Sequence record: OZ335960.1
From: a phage
Length of the DNA stretch: 64,000 nucleotides
Direction: 5' to 3' (one strand)
The notes beneath the pieces were generated by a model, which did no database searches, was not told the origin of the DNA, and worked only from the letters and a program-made list of their open reading frames with translations. Positions 44,220 through 53,954 of this stretch are shown piece by piece. The position numbers were made by a program, and so were the translations under genes. The first letter of the stretch is position 1, and every line of letters begins with the position of its first letter.

Positions 44220-46484
44220 TCATAATTTACAGGATGAACAATCTTCAGCTTTTGGAGTTTCTATTTCATAATCATCAGTACCAGAACCGTCACGGGTATT
44301 ATGATAATAGAAATTTTTTCCGCCAAAATACCAAAAATACAAAAGGTCATCAATCATTATTGACATTGGAACCTTTCCTTTTGGAAAAATCTGCGGGTCA
44401 TAATATGTATTCGCTGAAGCTGATTGACACACCCATTTCAGCATAATAGCTACTTGCGTAAGATAAGGTTTATTGCCTTTCTTAGCTAATTTCCATGTAT
44501 AATCATAGAGGTCTATGTTGTGCTCAATATTGGGCACGACTTGATTAAAGGAGCCCTCTTTTGATTCTTTAACAGAGACTGGTCCACGTGGAGGCTCGAT
44601 ACCGTTTGTACTGTTAGAAACTTGGGAAGATGACTCACATGGCATAAGTGCTGATAATGTGCTATTACGGATGCCAAAGAGCTTAAGGTCTTCCCGCAGC
44701 GACGACCAGTCACAAACGTATTTTGGAGCTGCGATTTGGTCAATCTTTTTATTGTACCAGTCGATAGGTAATTCGCCTCGAGACCAACGAGTGTCTGAAT
44801 AATATTCGCAAGGTCCTTTTTCTTTGGCGAGCTTAATGGATGCTTTAATGAGTCCATACTGTAATCTCTCAAATAGTTCATGTGTTAAATCGTTAGCATC
44901 TTCATAAGAAGCAAAATTACTTGCTAGCCAAGCTGCATAGTTAGTAACACCTACGCCAAGGTTTCGACGTTTTTTAGCTTTTTCTGCTTCAGGAACTGGA
45001 TATCCTTGGTAATCCAAAAGATTATCAAGAGCACGAACTTGGACTTCTGCCAATTCATTAATTTTATCTTGGTCTTGCCAATCGAAGTTATCTAACACAA
45101 ATGCAGATAACGTACACAATCCAATTTCAGCATCAGGACTATTCACATCATTTGTTGGAATAGCAATTTCACAACACAAGTTGCTCTGACGAATAGGTGC
45201 CTTTTCACGAATAAATGGCGTATAGTTATTCGTATTATCAATGAACTGCACATAAATCCTTGCTGTTCCTGAGCGTTCAGTCATGAGCAATTCAAACAGT
45301 TCACGGGCTTTAATACGCTTTTTACGAATATTAGGGTCTTTTTCTGCAGCTTCGTATAATTCACGGAAACGGTCTTGGTCTTTAAAATAAGAATAATAAA
45401 GTTCGCCACCCATTTCATGCGGACTGAACAAAGTAATGTAATCATTCTTTCCGAATCGTTCCATCATTAGGTCATTCAGTTGAACGCCATAATCCATATG
45501 ACGGATACGGTTTTCTTCTACACCTTTGTTATTTTTCAAAACGAGAAGATTTTCAACTTCCAAATGCCAAATAGGATAATAAGCAGTAGCAGCGCCGCCA
45601 CGAATTCCACCCTGTGAACATGATTTAACTGCAGTCTGAAAATGTTTCCAAAAAGGAATAACACCAGTATGACGCACTTCACCCATTCCAATCTTAGAAC
45701 CTTCGGCACGAATCATACCAACGTTAATACCAATTCCAGCGCGTTTGGAGATATATTCAACAATTGAAGCAGAAGCCTTATTGATAGACTTTAATGAATC
45801 ACCTGCCTCAATAACAACGCATGAACTAAACTGCCGAGTTGGAGTACGGCAACCAGCCATAATAGGGGTTGGCAGTGAAATCTGTCGAGTAGATACTGCT
45901 TCATAAAAACGAATAACATGTTTTAATCTATCAACAGGTTCATCTTGATGCAATGCCATTCCAATAGTCATAAATGCAAACTGTGGAGTTTCATAAATTT
46001 GACCAGTGGTTTTATCTTTAACTAGATATTTTTCTTTTAATTGCATCGCCCCGGAATAAGTAAATTCCATATCCCGCTCGTGCTTAATTTTTGATTCTAA
46101 AAATGTAATTTCTTCTGCTGAATATTTTGACAACAATTCAGGGTCGTATTTACCTTCATTTACACAGTAAGAAATATGGTCAATAAATGAACGGGGCTCA
46201 TACTGCCCGTAAACATGCTTACGAAGAGCGAACATTAAACACCGTGCAGCTACATATTGATAATCAGGCTCTTCAACTGAAATAGAATTCGCAGCAGCCT
46301 TAATGACAATAGTCTGAATGTCATCAGTTGTCATTCCATCACGGAGATATGATTTAATATTTTCATATAATTCATAAGGATCTACAGATGTTCCTTCAGC
46401 TGCCCAAGATAAAACTTTAATAATTTTTTGCGGGTCAAAGCTCTGAGAAACACCACTACTTTTGATAACATTAATTAATTGCAT
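44220..46484 (-). CDS. nrdA: Ribonucleotide reductase large subunit
   Basis: 754-aa ORF (T4 NrdA length); C-terminal CSSCKL-type tail. Confidence 0.95.
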   Translation of the reverse strand: MQLINVIKSSGVSQSFDPQKIIKVLSWAAEGTSVDPYELYENIKSYLRDGMTTDDIQTIVIKAAANSISVEEPDYQYVAARCLMFALRKHVYGQYEPRSFIDHISYCVNEGKYDPELLSKYSAEEITFLESKIKHERDMEFTYSGAMQLKEKYLVKDKTTGQIYETPQFAFMTIGMALHQDEPVDRLKHVIRFYEAVSTRQISLPTPIMAGCRTPTRQFSSCVVIEAGDSLKSINKASASIVEYISKRAGIGINVGMIRAEGSKIGMGEVRHTGVIPFWKHFQTAVKSCSQGGIRGGAATAYYPIWHLEVENLLVLKNNKGVEENRIRHMDYGVQLNDLMMERFGKNDYITLFSPHEMGGELYYSYFKDQDRFRELYEAAEKDPNIRKKRIKARELFELLMTERSGTARIYVQFIDNTNNYTPFIREKAPIRQSNLCCEIAIPTNDVNSPDAEIGLCTLSAFVLDNFDWQDQDKINELAEVQVRALDNLLDYQGYPVPEAEKAKKRRNLGVGVTNYAAWLASNFASYEDANDLTHELFERLQYGLIKASIKLAKEKGPCEYYSDTRWSRGELPIDWYNKKIDQIAAPKYVCDWSSLREDLKLFGIRNSTLSALMPCESSSQVSNSTNGIEPPRGPVSVKESKEGSFNQVVPNIEHNIDLYDYTWKLAKKGNKPYLTQVAIMLKWVCQSASANTYYDPQIFPKGKVPMSIMIDDLLYFWYFGGKNFYYHNTRDGSGTDDYEIETPKAEDCSSCKL

Positions 46485-46801
46485 AAGTCCTCAACTTGAA
46501 AATCGTCTTTAAACAATCGGTTAACTATATGAGCTATTATATCACCATGACACGGCTTTGGTTTACATGTGCATCCTAGCCTCATTCCACGTAAAGGCTC
46601 TAAATGTGCTTTAGTTATTTCTCCGGATTTAATTCGACGTATAAAATCTTTTTTGAATAATTCAATGGCAGCCTCCCGGCTGCCAGCATCTTTACCGACG
46701 TAATTTCCCCAAAATGTACCACGGTGAATATTAACATCAAAGTCGGATTTATATTTATTCACTACCTGGCATAGACGGCCCGCGCGGTGATAATTCGTCA
46801 T
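46475..46801 (-). CDS. Hypothetical protein (nrdA.1 position)
   Basis: 108-aa ORF with CxxC...CHGD motifs. Confidence 0.6.
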   Translation of the reverse strand: MTNYHRAGRLCQVVNKYKSDFDVNIHRGTFWGNYVGKDAGSREAAIELFKKDFIRRIKSGEITKAHLEPLRGMRLGCTCKPKPCHGDIIAHIVNRLFKDDFQVEDLCN

Positions 46802-47030
46802 ATTGTTTTTCCGTTAAAACAGTAATATCATAGTAACAATCAGAAGAAGTTTTAACTGTGGAAATTTTATTATCAAAATACTCACGAGTCATTTTATGAG
46901 TATAATACTTTTTACCATAAATGATAATAGGTTGTTCTGGTCCTGGAACTTCTAACTCGCTTGGATTAGGAAGTGTAAAAAGAACGATACCAGAAGTATC
47001 CTTAAATCGTAAAATCATATATCCTCTCAA
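46755..47030 (-). CDS. Hypothetical protein (nrdA.2 position)
   Basis: 91-aa ORF. Confidence 0.55.
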   Translation of the reverse strand: MRGYMILRFKDTSGIVLFTLPNPSELEVPGPEQPIIIYGKKYYTHKMTREYFDNKISTVKTSSDCYYDITVLTEKQYDELSPRGPSMPGSE

Positions 47031-47041
47031 TTAAATTAAAA

Positions 47042-47902
47042 TTACACCGCCATCTTTCCTTTCAAAACACCGTGGGACTGATAATCTTTGAGAACGAAAT
47101 CCCGTGCTGTCATATATTCAGTTAACCAATACATTTGAGTTTCAGTATCGCATTGACTGAATCCATTAGGCCAATTAATACTGAGTTTGCATAGATCCAT
47201 AGGAGTTCTATTTAATATCTCTTTGCATTGCTCAATATGGTTAGAATAAATGTGTGTATTACCACCAGAGAATACCAAATCGCCCGGAACTAGTTCACAC
47301 ATGTCAGCAACAATATGTAAAAGAGCAGCATAACTCGCGATGTTAAATGGAAGACCGAGGAAAACATCTACCGAACGTTGATACCATTGGAGGTCAAGGT
47401 ATCCGTTACGCACATTAAACTGATAGAACATATGACAAGGTGGTAATGCCATCTGCTTGAGTTCAGCTGGATTCCATGCCGACACAATTTGACGTCTATC
47501 ATTGGGAAATGTTTTAATACGATTAACAACTTCTACAATTTGATCTACACCACCAAAATCACGCCATTGTTTTCCGTAAATTGGACCAAGTTCACCGCTA
47601 TGATAACCTAGGTCTTTGGCCTGGTTTTCGTAGTTTTCATCCCAAATTGTTTTTCCTGCAATTAAAGATCCATGAGTACGTTGACGTAAATCATTTACGT
47701 TAGTACTTCCTGATAAGAACCACAATAACTCAGAAATACATGCATTCCAGGCGAGCTTCTTAGTTGTTACTGCAGGAAAACCTTTAGTTAAATCCCAGCG
47801 TAATTTAGTACCGAACAAAGCAATTGTTCCTGTGCCTGTTCGGTCATCGGTTTCATAGCCGTTTTCAAAAATGTCTTTAATTAAATCTTGGTATTGTTTC
47901 AT
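47042..47902 (-). CDS. td: Thymidylate synthase, uninterrupted (no group I intron)
   Basis: 286-aa continuous ORF (T4 Td is 286 aa after splicing); catalytic region ALPPCHMFYQFNV intact. Confidence 0.95.
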   Translation of the reverse strand: MKQYQDLIKDIFENGYETDDRTGTGTIALFGTKLRWDLTKGFPAVTTKKLAWNACISELLWFLSGSTNVNDLRQRTHGSLIAGKTIWDENYENQAKDLGYHSGELGPIYGKQWRDFGGVDQIVEVVNRIKTFPNDRRQIVSAWNPAELKQMALPPCHMFYQFNVRNGYLDLQWYQRSVDVFLGLPFNIASYAALLHIVADMCELVPGDLVFSGGNTHIYSNHIEQCKEILNRTPMDLCKLSINWPNGFSQCDTETQMYWLTEYMTARDFVLKDYQSHGVLKGKMAV

Positions 47903-47946
47903 TTAGTACCTTATATAAATTATAATACATTTTATGAAGCTAATAA

Positions 47947-48306
47947 TCAATACGGTTTAGCATCAAATTTTCTTTCAATTTCAGGCGTAAAATATAATTC
48001 TTTACCACGCTTGGAAAAGCGACCAATAATATGATAATTATTCTCATCAAACGTGATATTGCCGATATCCATAGCTTTCAACCAAATATCGATATTTCTG
48101 TCAAGCTTTATATCAAAATTCCAATACGGAGAATTATTACCAAAAATACTACAAGCGGATTCAGTGAAACAACTGCTATAAATTTTGTCTTTAGGAACTA
48201 CTAATTGATAGACTCCTTTAATAAACTGAGGACCTTGCCATTTTGGTTGTTTCGCGTCTTTTTCTAATAGAATAGGATAATAATTAAAATTCATATTTTC
48301 CGCCAC
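47947..48306 (-). CDS. Hypothetical protein inserted between frd and td
   Basis: 119 codons as tracked (GTG start) or 115 from ATG at 48294; no recognisable motif; occupies a ~410-bp gap where I recall T4 frd and td overlapping. Confidence 0.55.
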   Translation of the reverse strand: MAENMNFNYYPILLEKDAKQPKWQGPQFIKGVYQLVVPKDKIYSSCFTESACSIFGNNSPYWNFDIKLDRNIDIWLKAMDIGNITFDENNYHIIGRFSKRGKELYFTPEIERKFDAKPY

Positions 48307-48314
48307 GTGTTATT

Positions 48315-49141
<827 letters not shown>

Positions 49142-49149
49142 TTTATCTC

Positions 49150-49485
49150 CTAATATAAAGGATCGGGAACATATCCACTAGCTTTAATCATTTTAATTAA
49201 TGTTAACATTCCTTTATTAACTGCTAGTGAAATTTCATCAAAAACTTCATCACTAAAAAGTTCTAACACGCCCTTCTGAACTTTTAGTTTACAGCCAACA
49301 ATTTCGTCATCGCCTATAGTAAATTCGTTTCCGCCAATTCCACCGAAAAACTTAATTACGCCAGTTAACTGTCTTCCACGAGAATATGGGTCGTGCGATA
49401 AAGTAATATGAGTCACCCCAGGTACAGTTTTAAATTGGCAGCGGATGTTTACTTGAGCAATTCCAGTTACATGAATGTCAGACAT
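49150..49485 (-). CDS. Hypothetical protein (frd-32 cluster)
   Basis: 111-aa ORF. Confidence 0.55.
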   Translation of the reverse strand: MSDIHVTGIAQVNIRCQFKTVPGVTHITLSHDPYSRGRQLTGVIKFFGGIGGNEFTIGDDEIVGCKLKVQKGVLELFSDEVFDEISLAVNKGMLTLIKMIKASGYVPDPLY

Positions 49486-49495
49486 AATATTTTCC

Positions 49496-49738
49496 TCAAA
49501 CAGTCTTTTTCACAATTTTCCAATCAGCTTTAAACTGTTCAACATCAGAATGGTAAATCCAGAATCCTGCGCTTTCTCCATCCTCGTAAAGAGGGCATCC
49601 ATCACATTCATCTTCCCATCCCATGTCACGCAAAAGATGTTCAGCTTTTTCAACAAGTTCAGAATCTTTACCGATGATATTAAAATACCATTTACCTCTA
49701 ACTTCTGAATCTTTAATACTCTGGCGTTGTAATCTCAT
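49496..49738 (-). CDS. Hypothetical protein (frd-32 cluster)
   Basis: 80-aa ORF with AAGGAG SD. Confidence 0.55.
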   Translation of the reverse strand: MRLQRQSIKDSEVRGKWYFNIIGKDSELVEKAEHLLRDMGWEDECDGCPLYEDGESAGFWIYHSDVEQFKADWKIVKKTV

Positions 49739-49847
49739 TTTATTCTCCTTAGCAAGCTTTAATCAAAAGATATAAACAGACCAACATAACTATTGCCATA
49801 ATATAAGGTGCGAACATTTTCTTTTCTCCATTAGTTTTGATAGGGTA

Positions 49848-49877
49848 ATAGTATCACACTACTACCCTTTTGTAAAC
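49848..49877 (-). promoter_or_regulatory. T4-type early promoter (GTTTAC - 18 bp - TACTAT)
   Basis: Minus-strand match upstream of ORF 49496..49738. Confidence 0.65.
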
Positions 49878-50263
49878 TACTTTTTGAAAGTTTTTCGCAA
49901 AAGTTCAATGATTTCATCTACATTGTTTTCGTCAACAATGCAGTGAATTTTTGTCACGCCAGAAACTATACCTTCATTAGCGGATTGAGGCTTTTCTAAA
50001 GTTACCTCAGTAAAGTATTTGAATTCTTCAGAGTAAATCTCAAAATACGTCTCAAGTGGGCCACCCGCCATGTATTCAGTGCCATCTTCCATAGTTACAC
50101 GTACCACACATTCACCAGCACAATCATCACTTTCCATTTCATCTACAACAAAACTAGGCCCGTGCTTCTCTATTAAATTTAGCATCATTACATTGCAACG
50201 GCACTCGTTAGCAAAGTCATTTTTAAATAAAGGGTTAATGATATAAGTTTTTCCAACTTCCAT
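49877..50263 (-). CDS. Hypothetical protein (frd-32 cluster)
   Basis: 128-aa ORF. Confidence 0.55.
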   Translation of the reverse strand: MEVGKTYIINPLFKNDFANECRCNVMMLNLIEKHGPSFVVDEMESDDCAGECVVRVTMEDGTEYMAGGPLETYFEIYSEEFKYFTEVTLEKPQSANEGIVSGVTKIHCIVDENNVDEIIELLRKTFKK

Positions 50264-50283
50264 TTTGATTTCCTCATTTTAAT

Positions 50284-50301
50284 AGGGGCTTGATAGCCCC
50301 T
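50284..50301 (-). terminator. Hairpin AGGGGC-TTGATA-GCCCCT in the frd-32 cluster
   Basis: Perfect 6-bp GC-rich stem between two minus-strand ORFs. Confidence 0.45.
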
Positions 50302-50307
50302 TGATAA

Positions 50308-50535
50308 TTATTGTTCAATTAATCCCATGTAAAATTCTGTGTCTTCAGAATCCATACCATCACAATATTCATTAGCCATAAAGCGGGTGAGGTCTTCAAG
50401 AGGACCTTCAATAACGATTTGAATACTCCAAAACTTAGAATCTTGCACGCTTGTGATACTAAGTTCAGGATAACGATTACGAATAATTTCTTCGATATAT
50501 TCAAAATCAACGATGTCAATATCAACTTTAGCCAT
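50308..50535 (-). CDS. Hypothetical protein (frd-32 cluster)
   Basis: 75 aa from ATG at 50535 (MAKVDIDIV...) with AAAGAGGAAAA SD; ORF track extends it to 100 aa through the promoter. Confidence 0.5.
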   Translation of the reverse strand: MAKVDIDIVDFEYIEEIIRNRYPELSITSVQDSKFWSIQIVIEGPLEDLTRFMANEYCDGMDSEDTEFYMGLIEQ

Positions 50536-50578
50536 ATTATTTTCCTCTTTAATCATCAGCAGTATTGCCGATAGTCGT

Positions 50579-50608
50579 ATAGTACCACAGTTCTTATAGT
50601 ATGTAAAC
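50579..50608 (-). promoter_or_regulatory. T4-type early promoter (GTTTAC - 18 bp - TACTAT)
   Basis: Minus-strand CACAAAGTTGTTTAC...TACTATAC upstream of the 75-aa ORF. Confidence 0.7.
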
Positions 50609-50639
50609 AACTTTGTGAAAAAATTTTTGAAATAAAAAA

Positions 50640-50658
50640 GGGGACCTCTAGGGTCCCC
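50640..50658 (-). terminator. Rho-independent terminator after gene 32 (minus strand)
   Basis: Minus strand GGGGACC-CTAGAG-GGTCCCC followed by TTTTTTATTTC. Confidence 0.75.
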
Positions 50659-50680
50659 AATTAATTAGTAATATAATCTA

Positions 50681-51589
50681 TTAAAGGTCATTCAAAAGAT
50701 CATCCAGGTCCGTGTCATCAGCACTAGATGAACTGCCAGAGCTTGAGCTCATAAAATCATCTTCAGTTTTTGTATTGAAGTCGTCAACATTGAATGCATC
50801 CAAATCATCAGCAACTTTATCAGCTTTCTTAGCGGCAGTCGCTGCGGCACCACCCATAGCAGCAGTTCCCATAACTTGACTGAATTTAGTGCTCAGTTCT
50901 TCAAACGATTTGAATTTATCTTTAGAAGTCATTTCAGAAAGGTCAACCATTTGTTCGAACAGTTCTTTCTGGAAAGATTCATCATCAATGTTTGGAATCG
51001 CAGATTGATTCAGGAATTTAGATTCGTCGTAGTTACTAAAACCAGAAACTTGTTTAACTTTCAGTACAAAGTTAGCACCTTCCCACGGACAAGTTACATC
51101 AACCGGAGTTTCACCCATTTCAACATCAACTGCAATCATTGCATTGATTTTATCCCAGATTTTCTTACCGAAGCGGTATTTAAATACTTTACCTTCATTT
51201 TCTGGAGCAGCCGGGTCTTTTACTACAAGAATGTTAGCCCAGTAAGAAGTTTTACGTTTAACAAGACCGTACTCTTTATTGTCAGTGTTATACAAATCAT
51301 TTTTACTGATGTACTGACATACTGGACAAGAATCGTAATCACCGTGGGTAGATGAACAGTTTTCAATATACCATTTACCATTTTTCTTGAAACCGTGATT
51401 TACAAGAATTGCAAATGGTGCTTGTTCATCATTTTTAGACGGAAGAAAACGAATTACTGCTTGACCGTTACCCGCATTATCGAGTTTCAGTTTCCACTCG
51501 CCTTTATCTTCAGAAGAAAAACCACCTTTATTTCCAGCCAGTTTAGCCATTTGTGCAGCGAGTTCAGCAGTAGATTTACGTTTAAACAT
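50681..51589 (-). CDS. 32: Single-stranded DNA-binding protein gp32
   Basis: 302-aa ORF; acidic Ser-rich C-terminal tail; leader contains the gene 32 operator. Confidence 0.95.
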   Translation of the reverse strand: MFKRKSTAELAAQMAKLAGNKGGFSSEDKGEWKLKLDNAGNGQAVIRFLPSKNDEQAPFAILVNHGFKKNGKWYIENCSSTHGDYDSCPVCQYISKNDLYNTDNKEYGLVKRKTSYWANILVVKDPAAPENEGKVFKYRFGKKIWDKINAMIAVDVEMGETPVDVTCPWEGANFVLKVKQVSGFSNYDESKFLNQSAIPNIDDESFQKELFEQMVDLSEMTSKDKFKSFEELSTKFSQVMGTAAMGGAAATAAKKADKVADDLDAFNVDDFNTKTEDDFMSSSSGSSSSADDTDLDDLLNDL

Positions 51590-51660
51590 TTTTATTTCCT
51601 TTTTAATTTAATTAACAGTTGGTGCTATGACGATGTATGACCTCATAGCTGGTCAGTGAG
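51590..51660 (-). promoter_or_regulatory. Gene 32 translational operator: unstructured A/U-rich tract plus upstream RNA pseudoknot
   Basis: mRNA sense reads UGACCAGCUAUGAGGUCAUACAUCGUCAUAGCACC...UUAAUUAAAUUAAAAAGGAAAUAAAAAUG, matching the T4 gene 32 autoregulatory leader as I recall it. Confidence 0.75.
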
Positions 51661-51688
51661 ATAATTATAATCTATTTATAATAAGCAA

Positions 51689-52342
51689 TTAATACTTGCA
51701 AGATTTCACAGTTTCAATGAAAACACTTTTAGCTTTCTGCGAATCAATATTTAAAATTTTTCTATAAGCCTTTAACTTTATAGAATAATTATTCCAGACT
51801 AAATTATCAGTCTGTTCATCATGTTTATCAATTATATTTAAAAACGAATCAAGCAAGATAAACGTCTCAAACGAAATTATATTCGATTGAAGTAGTTTAA
51901 AAATATAACTTGATTGAACTTTTGGATTATAATCAAAGATTTCTTTAAAAGCAGAAACTTCAACTTTTTTACTAAAATAATAAATGTTGCGAATATCTTC
52001 TTCAAACTTAAATTTAATTTGCTTTAAGCGTCCGATATATTCACGATAAAACACAAGTGCATCAGCGTCAGAGATGTCACCAATCCAAGCATCTTGGTTA
52101 GCAACAAGATTGCTTATAAAGATTAAAGCAAGTTCCTTTAATTTATATTTTTCTGATAACTTCTGGAAAAAATACTTATCCCTTCGCTTTTGATAAGCGG
52201 CATCAGACACCCGCATGCACCAATTATACTTAATTACATCATACTTTCCATTCATATGTTGTTTTATCATTAAGTATAATTTATAAACTGATTTACCATC
52301 GATGTATCTTTCACCACCAGCAGGCATGCGGAGTTTAATCAT
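51689..52342 (-). CDS. 59: Helicase loader gp59
   Basis: 217-aa ORF (T4 gp59 length). Confidence 0.92.
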   Translation of the reverse strand: MIKLRMPAGGERYIDGKSVYKLYLMIKQHMNGKYDVIKYNWCMRVSDAAYQKRRDKYFFQKLSEKYKLKELALIFISNLVANQDAWIGDISDADALVFYREYIGRLKQIKFKFEEDIRNIYYFSKKVEVSAFKEIFDYNPKVQSSYIFKLLQSNIISFETFILLDSFLNIIDKHDEQTDNLVWNNYSIKLKAYRKILNIDSQKAKSVFIETVKSCKY

Positions 52343-52677
52343 AGTAGAAAATCTAATGTATTAGTTTTTTCACAACGAACAACAGAAGGACGTAAAAGAT
52401 TTTCGTCAATAGCTTCTGACTGAATTTTTTCAATTATACCCGAAGGAATAAATTTAGCAAATTGAGTTTCAGGAATAGAATTTTCTTCTAAGAATGCTGT
52501 TGTAGCTTCAAGATAACTCATTCCAAACTCTTCTACCATTTTTTCAATAATAAATCCATTTTCTTGGCGGTCAAGAAGCTTTGCAATTTCATCCTTTTCT
52601 TTCTTAATTGAAAGTTCTTTTTCTGAAAGACCGGTCTCATCGACCGGACGAATATCATTTAGAGAAAACTGTGTCAT
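52339..52677 (-). CDS. 33: Late transcription co-activator gp33
   Basis: 112 aa from ATG at 52677 (MTQFSLNDIRP...); track start 3 codons earlier. Confidence 0.85.
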   Translation of the reverse strand: MTQFSLNDIRPVDETGLSEKELSIKKEKDEIAKLLDRQENGFIIEKMVEEFGMSYLEATTAFLEENSIPETQFAKFIPSGIIEKIQSEAIDENLLRPSVVRCEKTNTLDFLL

Positions 52678-52924
52678 AAAGTTCAACTACCTCTTCAGTT
52701 TCAGCTTCAAACACATCGCGGTTATCTTTATGATACAAAGCTAACAGACGATTAAACATCTTACCATCAACGCCAAGTTCATCTTTGGCGCGAATTCGAA
52801 TATCTTTAATCAATTCATTATAGCCAGAAATTTTCAGTTTATGATCAGATGCTTCTTTAATAAATTTAGCCAAATCTTCGCCATGGATGGCTTCATCAAA
52901 TTCAACCATTTCTTTTTTAGCCAT
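52655..52924 (-). CDS. dsbA: dsDNA-binding protein DsbA
   Basis: 89-aa ORF between rnh and 33. Confidence 0.8.
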   Translation of the reverse strand: MAKKEMVEFDEAIHGEDLAKFIKEASDHKLKISGYNELIKDIRIRAKDELGVDGKMFNRLLALYHKDNRDVFEAETEEVVELYDTVFSK

Positions 52925-52932
52925 TATTCACC

Positions 52933-53850
52933 TCAAAATTCATTAATGCTATTAGTTAATTTAGAAAGACCCGCTTTTACAAAATATGAATAAATTTTGC
53001 CACGCGGTGGTAATTTATATGAATTATAGTAATTCACAATGTTTGAAGCAATATTATCAGGAATATAATCAAAATCAATTAGAACTAAATTTTCTTTATA
53101 ACGATTATATTCAGATTCTGTGAGAAGCACCTTAGCTTGATCACGGTCATTAGCAATAGCTTCGACAATAGATGTTTTCATTGAAGGAGTTCGTTCACCT
53201 TCAACTCTGGTAAACCAAAAGTCAGATCGTACTTTAACTGAAGCAACGTTATCCTTTTTGTCACCTTTAAGGATTTTAGTCATACAGTCAATTTCAGCAG
53301 AACCGCTTTTAATTTTAACCCATTTCTTGTGCATCGGTGACCATTGCTTAACATTTGGGTATTTATGAAGTTGAGTAAAGTCACCATCCGATGAAATGAT
53401 TAAAATCTTATGTCCTTCTAAAGAGAACTTTTTAACAAGAACAGCAATATGGTCATCTGCTTCATACTTATCAATATCCATAACGATGTATGGCATATAA
53501 GCTTTCAATTCATCTATAACTTTATGACTGGATTCAAAATAACCTTCCCAGTCCCAAGTAGATTCTTCTCGTGCTTTTCCACGGTTTTTCTTATAATAAT
53601 AAGCAAAATCACGACGCCAGTATCCAGATTTCGCGTTATCAATACACAGTACAATTTTAGTGTATCCAAGAGTTTTTGCTTTTTTGACATTAAACTTAAT
53701 TGAGTTCAATATCAAATGACGAACCATTGATAAATTAATTTTTTCTTTATCTGGAAAGTTTACCAAAGCAGTTGAAAGCGCAATTTGACTAAAGTCAATT
53801 AAGCAGATTCCTTCTTTGTAATCTTCATCCAGCATCATTTCTAAATCCAT
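52933..53850 (-). CDS. rnh: RNase H (5'-3' exonuclease, FEN-family)
   Basis: 305 aa from ATG at 53850 (MDLEMMLDEDYKEG...); track start extended by 5 codons. Confidence 0.92.
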   Translation of the reverse strand: MDLEMMLDEDYKEGICLIDFSQIALSTALVNFPDKEKINLSMVRHLILNSIKFNVKKAKTLGYTKIVLCIDNAKSGYWRRDFAYYYKKNRGKAREESTWDWEGYFESSHKVIDELKAYMPYIVMDIDKYEADDHIAVLVKKFSLEGHKILIISSDGDFTQLHKYPNVKQWSPMHKKWVKIKSGSAEIDCMTKILKGDKKDNVASVKVRSDFWFTRVEGERTPSMKTSIVEAIANDRDQAKVLLTESEYNRYKENLVLIDFDYIPDNIASNIVNYYNSYKLPPRGKIYSYFVKAGLSKLTNSINEF

Positions 53851-53911
53851 ATGAACCTCGTTCAATTAGTGAGATTTCTATTATATACTATCCAAATCTT
53901 AAAGTAAACAA

Positions 53912-53919
53912 GTATAAAT
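53912..53919 (+). promoter_or_regulatory. Late promoter box TATAAATA (gene 34)
   Basis: Exact match ~35 bp upstream of gene 34. Confidence 0.6.
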
Positions 53920-53954
53920 ACTTATTATTGAAAACACAATAGGAGCCCGGGAGA

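Noticed and set aside
49741-49830. 22-codon hydrophobic minus-strand ORF (MFAPYIMAIVMLVCLYLLIKAC) downstream of an early promoter
   Set aside because: Too short to support from sequence alone; may simply be leader sequence of the following ORF.
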